Virus record (IMG/VR): IMGVR_UViG_3300009103_000003
Location: 32,001-96,000 of that record
Strand: one strand, 5' to 3'
Length of the DNA stretch: 64,000 nucleotides
Origin: a virus
Shown: positions 38,219 to 48,300 of the stretch, in pieces
Layout: every line of letters begins with the position of its first letter
Position numbering within the stretch: the stretch's first letter is position 1
The notes under the pieces: model-generated
Databases searched by the model: none
Seen by the model: only the letters and a program-made list of their open reading frames with translations
Told to the model about the DNA's origin: nothing
Position numbers and translations under genes: made by a program

Positions 38219-39217
38219 ATGAAAGAATTACCAGCAGTTCTGGACCATTACGATGATGGAGGCTTGCTTCTTCGGAAAGAATTTAGTGAGCGTGGTGTCC
38301 CGAATATCATAAAAGTTGCCGCCGATATGTCTAACGCGCACTCTCGCCAAGAGAGTGATTACGCCCTTGTTGTAGACACTCCTCGCGGTAAAGCGCATAA
38401 ATTACCGATTATTGATGCTGGAAATGCATTGGCTTCTGCGATGTATTTCTCGGAGCATGGCAACACTTTGCCGCATGACCTTCAAAAGGAGGCCGCCCAA
38501 AAACTAAGCGACGCTTTAGTTTCTTTTGGGTTCACTCCCCCTGAAGATCTGACCAAGACTGCCGCTATGGAGCTTGGTTATAGCGGGGAGGCCGAGGACC
38601 AGAGCCTTGAGTCTCTTTTTGGGGTATCTAAGGACAATCAGTGGGAGGTCGTCAAAGACGCTTTTGACTCCTGCTCTCCTCGCGGGAAGCGCCGACTAAT
38701 GCTTCAGGTCAAAGAGGCCGGGGTGTTCAATGGTCTGTTCTCCGATGAGATGGAAGATTACGGTCGCGCCGAACTGGGTTCTGACTTTAGGGTTGGGATC
38801 GACACTAGGAGACTGGCAGTCATGGAGGGCGATGGTATCGCTGAATTAGAAGCTATTTTGGTGAAGTCTGCTTCCGCAGATCCCGAACAATTGGCTGTAG
38901 ATTTAGCTGACTTCGATATCCGGCATAGTATTACGCATATGTATAACGGGGTAATACTAGACCCCTATCAAACGGTTTACGGTACAACCGTAGAAAAAAC
39001 CGCATCTAGTGTACAACCGCTTGAAATTGGTGGTCGTGAGTATGCACCAAGTGATATTGTCTCTTGGGCAGAAGACGGCGGGTCTGATCGACTGGTCGAT
39101 TCTTTTGGTGAGACATTCGCACAGGAGTTTACTTCTGACCCCGTAGCAGTGTTAGATAGTCTACCTGTTACCCATAAACAAGCGATTGCACGGATGATTG
39201 ATGAGCCTAACCGCTGA
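38219..39217 (+). CDS. Acidic putative head/scaffold protein with repeated K-x-A-[A/S] motifs
   Basis: Start re-called to the ATG at 38219 (GGGAG SD). Contains IKVAA, QKEAA, TKTAA, VKSAS and EKTAS. Confidence 0.6.
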   Translation: MKELPAVLDHYDDGGLLLRKEFSERGVPNIIKVAADMSNAHSRQESDYALVVDTPRGKAHKLPIIDAGNALASAMYFSEHGNTLPHDLQKEAAQKLSDALVSFGFTPPEDLTKTAAMELGYSGEAEDQSLESLFGVSKDNQWEVVKDAFDSCSPRGKRRLMLQVKEAGVFNGLFSDEMEDYGRAELGSDFRVGIDTRRLAVMEGDGIAELEAILVKSASADPEQLAVDLADFDIRHSITHMYNGVILDPYQTVYGTTVEKTASSVQPLEIGGREYAPSDIVSWAEDGGSDRLVDSFGETFAQEFTSDPVAVLDSLPVTHKQAIARMIDEPNR

Positions 39218-39869
39218 ACAGCCGATACCAGATAATGGTCCACAGACACCTAGGCAGGCGTTCACGAATCGTCAAACGCACCCCCTTGTTCTCAATCTTA
39301 TGCTCCTCAAGGAGTTTGGTAGTGACTACCTAGGGTGGGAGCCGGAAACTTGCTGGCTTGAGATTAGTAGGACCTGGGGGACTACGATCTCCGAGATCAA
39401 TAAGAATAAAATCCAGGCCATCCGGACTTGCCATGTCACAGATGACCCATACGAAAGGTGGGAAGTGTTTGAGTTGGTTTCCACGGGGCTCATGGGGCTT
39501 CCTCCCAAGTTTGACTTGGTCCAGCGACCCACCCCTCATAGGGCGGCGTTTGCGTTAGATGTCTTAGGACAGGTTCGAGAGAGTAAGCTACCAAACGCAG
39601 AGGTGTATAAGTATGTTGCCGCAGTGTTAATGGATAATGGGGTTATGTATGGGCCGGGACCACTAGAGCCCTGCAATCAATACCTTACAAAGTTCGTTGA
39701 CTCTGGTAAGCAGGCCAATATTAAGCGGGCGGTATCTTTGCGTAAGAGGCCGACATTTAACGGCAAGAATGAGGATGATACACAAATTATGAAATCAACA
39801 TCTATAAAAGATTTCTTGGAATCAACCTCAAGAACATTATTAGTGCAGCTAAAGAAGCTGTTGCCGTAG
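39201..39869 (+). CDS. Hypothetical protein (head module)
   Basis: ORF directly upstream of the portal-like gene. Confidence 0.7.
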   Translation: MSLTAEQPIPDNGPQTPRQAFTNRQTHPLVLNLMLLKEFGSDYLGWEPETCWLEISRTWGTTISEINKNKIQAIRTCHVTDDPYERWEVFELVSTGLMGLPPKFDLVQRPTPHRAAFALDVLGQVRESKLPNAEVYKYVAAVLMDNGVMYGPGPLEPCNQYLTKFVDSGKQANIKRAVSLRKRPTFNGKNEDDTQIMKSTSIKDFLESTSRTLLVQLKKLLP

Positions 39870-39879
39870 GGGTGGATAA

Positions 39880-41892
39880 ATGGATTATGGTTCTCAACGA
39901 TACGGTCTAAGTTCTTCAGGCGCACGCGCTAAATCGGTTGGGCGACCTGAGTCATTTTACCCCAGCCCCTTTTTTGATGTTGCCAAAAACTACATCCCCA
40001 AAACCATTAAAGAGTGTTTTGACTGGTGTCATTACTATCAATTAACAAACCCTCTTGTTAATGCAGTAACTCAGAAGTTGGCCACCTATCCAATCACGGA
40101 CTTGGTGTACGAGGATGACAATGAGGGTGTTACCAAGATCTATAAAGACTTGTTTGAGAAGCAGTTTCTCATGCGGTCTTTTCTTATCGAAATCAATTTA
40201 GATAGGTACACATACGGGAACTCGTTTATCTCTGTAGCGTTCCCGTTCACCAAGCTCCTCAAATGCTCTAACTGTGGCCATGAATCCCCAGCAAGAAGTT
40301 CTGGATACAAATGGAAAGGATTCAAGTTCCATTTGGATTGCAAAGAGTGCGCCCATTACGGACCAGCCAAGGCCACTGACGAGCCCCTTAAGTCACCAAG
40401 GCAGATTAGACTTATTCGGTGGAACCCAAAGCATATTACCATAAAATATAATGAGATCACTGGGCGGTATCTCTACTACTACACCATGCCTAGAACGCTC
40501 AGGAATGACATCACCTTGGGTAAGCCGGATGTCTTAGAGACAATCCCGCAGGCGTTCATTGACGCCATTAGGAAAAAGAAGTCCATACTCTTGGACAACG
40601 ATAAAATTTTCCACACCAGAAGACCCTCTATTTCGAGAGAGCCCTCAGATAGTGGGTGGGGCGCACCGCTGATACTTCCCGTCCTGAAGGACATCTTCTT
40701 TCTTCAGGTGCTCAGAAAAGCCCAGGAAGCTGTGGCGATGGAGCACGTTGTTCCTATGCGAGTGATGTTCCCCCAAATCACTACGGATGGGAACAACCCT
40801 TATGCCCAAATTAATATGAAGGACTGGCAGAAAGAGGTGCAGGTCCAAATTAAACGCTGGCGGCAAGACAACAACCATATTCCGGTTATGCCTCTACCAA
40901 TTGGGTACCAGATGATTGGGGGGCAGGGCAGGTCCCTGCTGCTACACCAAGAGTTACGAATTTACTCCGATCAAATCATCGCTGGTATGGGCGTCCCAAC
41001 TGGGTTCTTTTATGGCGAAGCCCAGTACTCTGGGGCCTCGGTAAATCTAAGAGCCTTAGAAAACGAATTTCTCGGTAACCGACAAGACATGCTCAGATGC
41101 GTGGAGTTTGTCCGTGACCGCGTTGCGCATTTCTTAAACCTCCCCCAGATTGAGCTTAAGTTCAAGCCCTTCAAGATGGCGGATGATATTCAGAGGGCCA
41201 GCTTTGATATGAACTTGGCTAACGCTGGGATGATTAGCCGAAGAACCTTCTTACAGTCTCGTGATTTCAATTTTGATAATGAGCAAGAACTCATGTCCAA
41301 AGAAAATGAAATGATGGGACGTTCGCAAAGGGAGCAGCAGATTAGGCAGACCGAATCTCAGGGAGAAGCCATGCTTATTCAGACTCGATACCAAATAGAG
41401 TCTCAGAATATGCAGCAGGAAAATCAGGCGCAAATGCAGCAGCAGTATGGGCCCCCTCCCGGTGAAGAAGGGCAACAGCAGGGGCAGGGACAGCCGCAAC
41501 AGCAGGGGCAACCACAAGAGCAACAGGGTGGTGAGCAACAACCCCAAGGCGCTGAGGCACAGCAACAGGGCGCTGCCCCGGAGCAACAGGGTGAACAACC
41601 GCCACCGGAGCAACAGGGTGCTGGTGAAGTGGTTCAAGGTGCAGCACAAAGCCCTCTACAGGCAAACCAAAGCCCGATGGTGGACTTGTTTGCGCAAGCC
41701 AAGCGCCTCACCTCTGAGTTAAAAAAGATGAATGAGGTAGATAGGTACCGGGCGCTGGCACAGATTCGTGCCAGCAACCCGGATTTGTATATGTTGGTGA
41801 ACAACGCTCTGTCAGGTCAAGGCGTTCAGCCTATGCGACCATTACCAGAGAAATTACCACCAAGATCAGGACCGGGCAGTGCACAGATTTAA
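39880..41892 (+). CDS. Portal-like protein with a CxxC zinc-ribbon insertion and Gln-rich C-terminal region
   Basis: NPLVNAVTQKLATYP, NLDRYTYGNSF, LIRWNPKHI, WGAPLILPVL, IIAGMGVP.GFFYG and FKPFKMADD follow the usual portal layout. Terminase is in the same block. Confidence 0.65.
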   Translation: MDYGSQRYGLSSSGARAKSVGRPESFYPSPFFDVAKNYIPKTIKECFDWCHYYQLTNPLVNAVTQKLATYPITDLVYEDDNEGVTKIYKDLFEKQFLMRSFLIEINLDRYTYGNSFISVAFPFTKLLKCSNCGHESPARSSGYKWKGFKFHLDCKECAHYGPAKATDEPLKSPRQIRLIRWNPKHITIKYNEITGRYLYYYTMPRTLRNDITLGKPDVLETIPQAFIDAIRKKKSILLDNDKIFHTRRPSISREPSDSGWGAPLILPVLKDIFFLQVLRKAQEAVAMEHVVPMRVMFPQITTDGNNPYAQINMKDWQKEVQVQIKRWRQDNNHIPVMPLPIGYQMIGGQGRSLLLHQELRIYSDQIIAGMGVPTGFFYGEAQYSGASVNLRALENEFLGNRQDMLRCVEFVRDRVAHFLNLPQIELKFKPFKMADDIQRASFDMNLANAGMISRRTFLQSRDFNFDNEQELMSKENEMMGRSQREQQIRQTESQGEAMLIQTRYQIESQNMQQENQAQMQQQYGPPPGEEGQQQGQGQPQQQGQPQEQQGGEQQPQGAEAQQQGAAPEQQGEQPPPEQQGAGEVVQGAAQSPLQANQSPMVDLFAQAKRLTSELKKMNEVDRYRALAQIRASNPDLYMLVNNALSGQGVQPMRPLPEKLPPRSGPGSAQI

Positions 41893-42107
41893 CTTACACT
41901 TACCAATACGGCAGATCGCTCATCACATCGGTCGCACCGCCCCTTTTGGAAAAACGAGGAGGTACTATCGTTGTGCTTGAGGCATTTGGAGCATACCCAA
42001 AGATTTGCGTTCTCCCAATCAAGGAAGTAATTGCACGTGCCACAGTTCCGTGGTTCCCGGCAGAACCCTTGCTTGAGAAAGCATTTTATGGGTCGCTTGA
42101 TTTTCAC
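41889..42107 (-). CDS. Small Cys-rich (multi-CxxC) protein, antisense to the structural block
   Basis: GTG start; CGTC, CSKC and CDRC plus two further Cys. Confidence 0.6.
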   Translation of the reverse strand: MKIKRPIKCFLKQGFCREPRNCGTCNYFLDWENANLWVCSKCLKHNDSTSSFFQKGRCDRCDERSAVLVSVS

Positions 42108-42110
42108 AAG

Positions 42111-42248
42111 CTAATCTTTACTACCGGAAAGAGCATCCTCAACCGCGTTAGCGAAGTCCTCACAGGAACTGGCGCTACATGTAGTAATCGGCTCAGGAGA
42201 TTTAATAGAAGAACTATGGTTATACAACGGCTTCCAGAATTGGTTCAT
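42111..42248 (-). CDS. 45-aa hypothetical protein (MNQFWKPLYN...DALSGSKD)
   Basis: Not in the ORF track. AAGGAG SD before the ATG; stop lies 3 nt before the next minus-strand start. Confidence 0.55.
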   Translation of the reverse strand: MNQFWKPLYNHSSSIKSPEPITTCSASSCEDFANAVEDALSGSKD

Positions 42249-42329
42249 AATGAACTCCTTTTGTTATGGGGCCCTATTGCCCAATGTTCTTATACCTAAC
42301 TAATACACCGTGTTAGCACGGAGGGACTA

Positions 42330-45300
42330 ATGTCGAATGTTTTAGATCCCCAGAGGGTGATGAAGACCCTCGAAGACGGGACGATAAACGAAATCAAAAA
42401 GTTTTTTCCTTTGGTTGGGAAGAAACATACGCTGATCGCCAAGGATGTCTATATTGGCGACCCAGTAGACATTGATGACGTTTCTAGTCAGAAAAAAGCA
42501 AGGCTTCGTGGGAGAACCTGGGCGCAGGGTGTCTTCGCAGACTTTAGTTTAGTCAACAACGAAACCGGCAAAGTAATTAGCACTGCTAATAAGCTAAAGG
42601 TTCTTAACCTACCAAAAATAACGCGAAGGTACAGCTACATTGTAGATGGTACCGAATACCAAGCAGACAACCAGTGGCGACTCAAGTCGGGCGTATATGC
42701 TCGTCGCAAAGCCAATGGCGATCTAGAATCCCAATTCAACCTAGCCCAAGGGCGCGGATTTAGACTAGGATTTGACCCCAAAAAGCGGCGATTCCTTATG
42801 TCCTACGGGACCTCCAACATCCAGCTTCTTCCGGTATTGCAAGCGCTCGGCGTCAAAGACGAAGACATACAAGCTGCCTGGGGTAACGAGCTATATACCG
42901 CTTCACTGGCCTCAAAAAAGCGGGGAGAGCTTGTGAAGCTTTCCAAGGCATTGGATAAGAAAGCTGGAGCAACGAACGACTCAGAGGCTGTGCCGGTAAT
43001 ACAAGCAGCCCTTAAAGAAACAAAACTTCTACCAGAAACAACTGCGATAACTCTCGGAGCCCCCCATACAACAGTTTCTGGTGATGCTCTGTTGGCGTCC
43101 TCCACAAAACTCCTAAACATAAACAAGGGAACCGAACAAGTCGATAACCGAGACGCGCTCCAGTTTAAGGAGCTTTGGGCCATTAACGACCATATCCCGG
43201 AACGAATCGAGAACTCAAAGCGTCGCATCACTTACAAGATGATGAACAATCTCGACCGTAAGGATAATGTGAGGGGGATTGTTACTGGGGACATTTTCAA
43301 TGTACCTATCAAGGCATTTTTTACCTCCACTTCCCTGTCCCAGCAGTCCTCCCAGGTTAACCCTGTAGATATGGTTGGGGGCTTCCTGAGAACCACAATT
43401 ATGGGGACCGGAGGCATTCAAAGCGACTCTGCTATCTCTGAGGAAGCTAAGCTGATTGATTCCAGCTTTCTCGGGTTTATTGATCCGGTGCACACCCCAG
43501 AAGGAAAGCGCTCCGGGATTAGTGGCCATCTTTCGCTAGGCGTACGTAAAAAGGGTACCGTCCCGCTTATCAAGGTATTCGACGTAAAGGCCGGTAAGTA
43601 CGCAGATAAATCACCATCAGAACTAACTTTGGGTAACGTAGCTTTCCCGGACCAATACGAGTTTACCAAAGGTAAATCTCCGAGGCCTATTGGGGACACC
43701 GCCACCGTTATCCCTTCCGGGGGAGGGGACCCGAGCAGGGTTGCATCATCTGACGTGGACTACATTCTTCAGTCTCCGAAACAGATGTTTTCCATCACAG
43801 CTAACCTTGTTCCCTTCCTCCCTTCGGATCAGGCAAACCGGGCAGGTATGGCAACCCGCCATATCGAACAGGCAATCTCCCTAACCAAAGCCGAAGAACC
43901 GCTGGTACAGGTTATCTCAGGCAACCCCAGTGAAAGATATGCTACCTGGGAAAAGATTGTGGGTGAGTTCTTCTCCCACCCCGCACCAGTAAGTGGTTTT
44001 GTTGACTCTGTCTCCAGTTCAAAGATTGTCGTAAAAAACAAGGACGGCAAGAAGCACGAAGTGCAGCTATATGACAACTTCCCGCTAAACGACAAGAAGG
44101 CGTATATTAGCAGTAATGCCTTAGTTAAGAAGGGGGACAAGGTATCTGAGGGGCAGATCATTGCGGACACGAACTTCACCAAGGGCGGAACGCTATCCCT
44201 AGGAACCAACCTGCTTATTGGCTATCTGCCTTACAAGGGGCTGGTTTTTGAGGACGGTATCGTCATCAGTGAGTCTGCGTCAAAAAAACTAACAAGCTCC
44301 CACTTACATAAAGAACGTTCATATGTAGATAAGAATATGGTGGTTGGGCTCAAGAAGTTTAGGGCTAATTACCCAGGCTCCATCTCCGAAGAAAACGCCA
44401 GCAAGCTTGACGCAGATGGGGTTATCAAAAAGGGGCAGACAGTTGACCCTGGGGACACCATCACCACGGTCCTTCAAAAAACAGAACCCTCAAAAGAACA
44501 GCTTCTTCTGAAGGGAATCCATAAGTCCCTTGTTAGGCCGTATAAAAACAAGTCCCTTGTTTGGGACAAACCTTACAGGGGCGAAGTCACCGACGTGGTT
44601 CGCAACGGGCGTGAGATTGTGGTCTATGTCAAGACCGAGGAGCCCGCAGACATTGGGGATAAGCTATCCGGAAGGCACGGCAATAAAGGGGTTATTACCG
44701 CAGTAATACCGGACGAAGAAATGCCGAAAGACTCGGAGGGTAACGCTCTACAGATAATCGTGAACCCGTCAGGGGTTCCGGGAAGAATCAATCCGGGGCA
44801 GGTCCTTGAGACTGCTTTGGGGAATGTTGCCCATAAAAACGGCGAGCCCTACGCAGTGGAGAACTTCCAATCAGATGACCGTAAGAAGGTTGTTCGCGTA
44901 AAGGCTCACACACGGACTATCCAAACAAAGTCTGGGCCTAAGACCGTAGAGGTTAAGGAACATGAACGAGAACTTGGTTACCGGGATGTTGTTGACGCTG
45001 CCCTAAAAAGCGCGAAGGTATCTGAGACAAGAGAATTGTTCGACCCACAGACAGGGAAAAGCCTCGGCTCCGTGCTCGTGGGACATCAGTATGTCCTCAA
45101 GCTAATGCACCAAGTAGACAAAAAGCTGAGTGCTCGTTCCCACGGATATGGGCATGATTACGACGCCAACCTAGTCCCAAAAAGCGGGGGGAAGTCTGGC
45201 GGTGCCCAAAGATTCGGTGAGCTTGGGCTCTACGCAATGTTGGCACACGGAGCCACGGCAAACATCCGAGACGCGTTAACATATAAAGGGGATAAGCAGC

Positions 45301-48300
45301 AGGACGAGGTTTGGACAGCAGTCCAGACTGGGGCTATTTTACCAACCCCTAAACCATCCTTTGCGTACGAAAAGTTTCTCGCCTACATGAATGCGTTAGG
45401 GCTAAATGTTGAAAAAGACGGCAATGGCCTAATCGTCTCACCACTTACAGACAAACAGATCAAGAGTATGTCTAACGGTGAAATAAAAGACGGAAGCCGA
45501 GTCATTCGTGGGAAGGACCTCAAGCCTGAGAAAGGTGGCCTATTTGATGAAACGATCACGGGCGGTCCCGGAGGCAAGAACTGGGCACATATCGCTCTCG
45601 CAGAGTCGCTCCCAAACCCTGTTTTCGAGAAAGGAATCCGCTCAGTTTTAGGGATAACCGGTAAAGAATATGATGCTGTAATAGCAGGTAAGTCCGGGTT
45701 CAATGCTGAGGGAGAGTTGGTGCCAGCCGGGGACGGCGTACTTACTGGGCCCGCTGCAATGGCCGCTCGACTAAAAAGTATCGACGTAGAGAGCGAACTA
45801 GCCTCAGCAAAAGAGGCGATAAAGACAGTCAGGCGAAATGACCTGGATAAGGTCAACAAGAAGATCAAGTATTGCCTGATGCTTCAAAAGAACAAAATCA
45901 GCCCACAAGAGGCATACGTTATTGATAACGTCCCGCTTCTTCCTCCGCTATTTCGACCCATCACAGCTATGGAGGGGGGAGACCTAAATATTGATGGTGT
46001 GAATATGCTCTATAGAGACATCGCACTGCTCAATAAGAAGCTGAAGGAGGCCCAAGGAGTCTTGCCAGAAGAAGCAATAATGAAACTTCGGGAAGATCTA
46101 TACTCCGCAACAGAAGCACTGATGGGCGTTCAGACCATGACTCAGGGAGGGCTGACGACAGACGGTCAACCCAGACCTCCTGGGATTCTGCATATCCTAG
46201 CTGGTAGATCCTCACCTAAGCAGAGCTACTTTCTACAAAGACTGGTAGACCGGAGACAAGACATAAGTATGCGTTCGGTCATTGTCCCTGACATGAACCT
46301 GCACTTAGATGAACTGGGTCTGCCTAGAAAAGGGGCGATGAAGATCTTCCGACCATTTGTGGTTCGGGAACTTGTTAAGATGGGGTACACACCCCTAAAA
46401 GCCAGGACTGAAGTAGAGAAGAACACAAGCCTAGCAAACAAGGCGCTGGACATTGCGGTTGAGAAGCGGCCCGTTATGTTCAAGCGAGATCCCGTTCTGC
46501 ACAAGTTTGGGATTATGGCGTTCAAGGCACGCCTTCATGACGAGTCAGCAATCCATATTCACCCACTTGTTGTTGGTGGGTTCAATGCTGATTTTGATGG
46601 AGACACGATGGCAGTGTTTGTCCCTGTATCGCAAGAAGCAGTGGATGAGTCATATAAGATGATGCCATCAAAGAACCTGTTTAACCCGGCTACCGGGCAC
46701 GTGATGTACCAACCAACTCTTGAGGGACAGTTGGGACTTTACCTCCTCTCTCGATGGGGGAAGAAGTCATCTAAGGCATTCAAGAACTCGAAAGAGGCCA
46801 TTGCTGACGCCAAAGAAGGAAACATCAGCATGACTGATGTCATCCAGGTAGGTGACATTAAAACAACTGCGGGAAGATTATTATTCAATAATATGCTCCC
46901 AAAGAAAGTCCAATCCGATAAATTCCTCACAGACCCGAAAGCTATCGTTGATAAGAAAACCCTTCAGGGGGTTCTTAGGGATGTGGCCACCAAAACCCCG
47001 CAAGAATTCGCGCAAACAGCGGATAGGGTCAAAGACCTTGGTTTTGGCCACGCATACAACATCGGGTTCTCGTTCGCTCTTTCAGACTTCGCACCTTTGC
47101 GGGACATTCGCGAAAAGCACATGACCCTCGCAAAAAAGAAAGAGGCGGTTATTCGAAAGCAGTTATCGATGAAGATGTTGTCCAAAGAAGCTGCCAACGA
47201 TAAAATTGTAAAACTATATGAATCCGCAGATTCGGCCATGACCGCTGATGCTACTGCTTTACTAGATAAGGGCGGGAACAAGCTTAAGCTTATGGAGGCT
47301 GCGGGGGTTAAGCCCTCATGGTCACAGCTTAAACAAATGATCATGGCACCGATGCTAGTTGAAAACGCGCAGGGAAGGGTCATACCTGTTCCCGTGACTA
47401 GCTCCTATTCAGAGGGGCTGAAGTCCTCGGACTACTGGGTAACTACATCGGGCGCTCGTGCGGGCCTTATCAAAAAGGTCCAGTCCGTTCAGAAGCCTGG
47501 GGCGCTTAATAAGCAGATCGCTAATACAACAATATCATACGTAATAAACAATGATGACTGTGGGACTGGGAAGGGGATATCCTTACCGGTATTTGATTCA
47601 GATTTAGTTGACCGGTTTACCGCGAAATCGATTTCAACCGCAGGATTGAAGGTATCTTCCGGGACTCTTATCACCCCTAATCTTCTCTCTAAAATGAAGG
47701 CGTCCAAGGTGGACAGGGTGGTTGTCAGGTCCCCTCTTAAGTGTGAGCAGTCCAAGGGGCTGTGTTCCAAGTGTTACGGTATTACCGATAATGGGGCTCC
47801 CATAGCTAAGGGAACCAATATCGGATTAATTGCCGGGACGTCAATTGGTGAACGTGGGACACAACTTTCTATGAAGGCTTTCCATACTGGCGGTGTAGCT
47901 GGGGGAGGAAGCTCGGTTGTTGGTGGTATTGACCGGGTCTCACAATTGCTGAAGATGCCTGCACTATTGGCTGGCTCTGCGACACTGTCTCCGGTTTCTG
48001 GAGAGGTGACCTCCGTAACAAAGAGTGAGATTGGTGGCCACGATGTGGTTATCGGCAACCAAGAGGCGTACATCCCCGGCAATCTATCGGTTTCCGTAAA
48101 GAAGGGCGAGAAGGTACGCAGAGGTCAACAAATTTCTAGTGGGGTCATTAACCCGCACGATCTTCTTGAGAAGACAAACATTGAGACAGTTCAGCGGTAT
48201 CTTGCGGATGAGATTCACAAGGTCTACGCGAAAGAGGGCATCAAGAAGAGAAACGTTGAGGTGGTAACAAAGGCTTTAACGAATCTGGGCAGGGTAATGG

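Noticed and set aside
41251-41665. Leu-rich, membrane-looking minus-strand ORFs
   Set aside because: Antisense shadows of the CAG/CAA-rich Gln tract in the portal-like gene.
41946-42299. 117-aa plus-strand ORF upstream of the RNAP
   Set aside because: Less supported than the two minus-strand ORFs it overlaps; not excluded absolutely.
42803-48082. Numerous 60-160 aa minus-strand ORFs inside the RNAP gene
   Set aside because: Codon-bias shadows of a long, well-supported gene; none has a recognisable motif.
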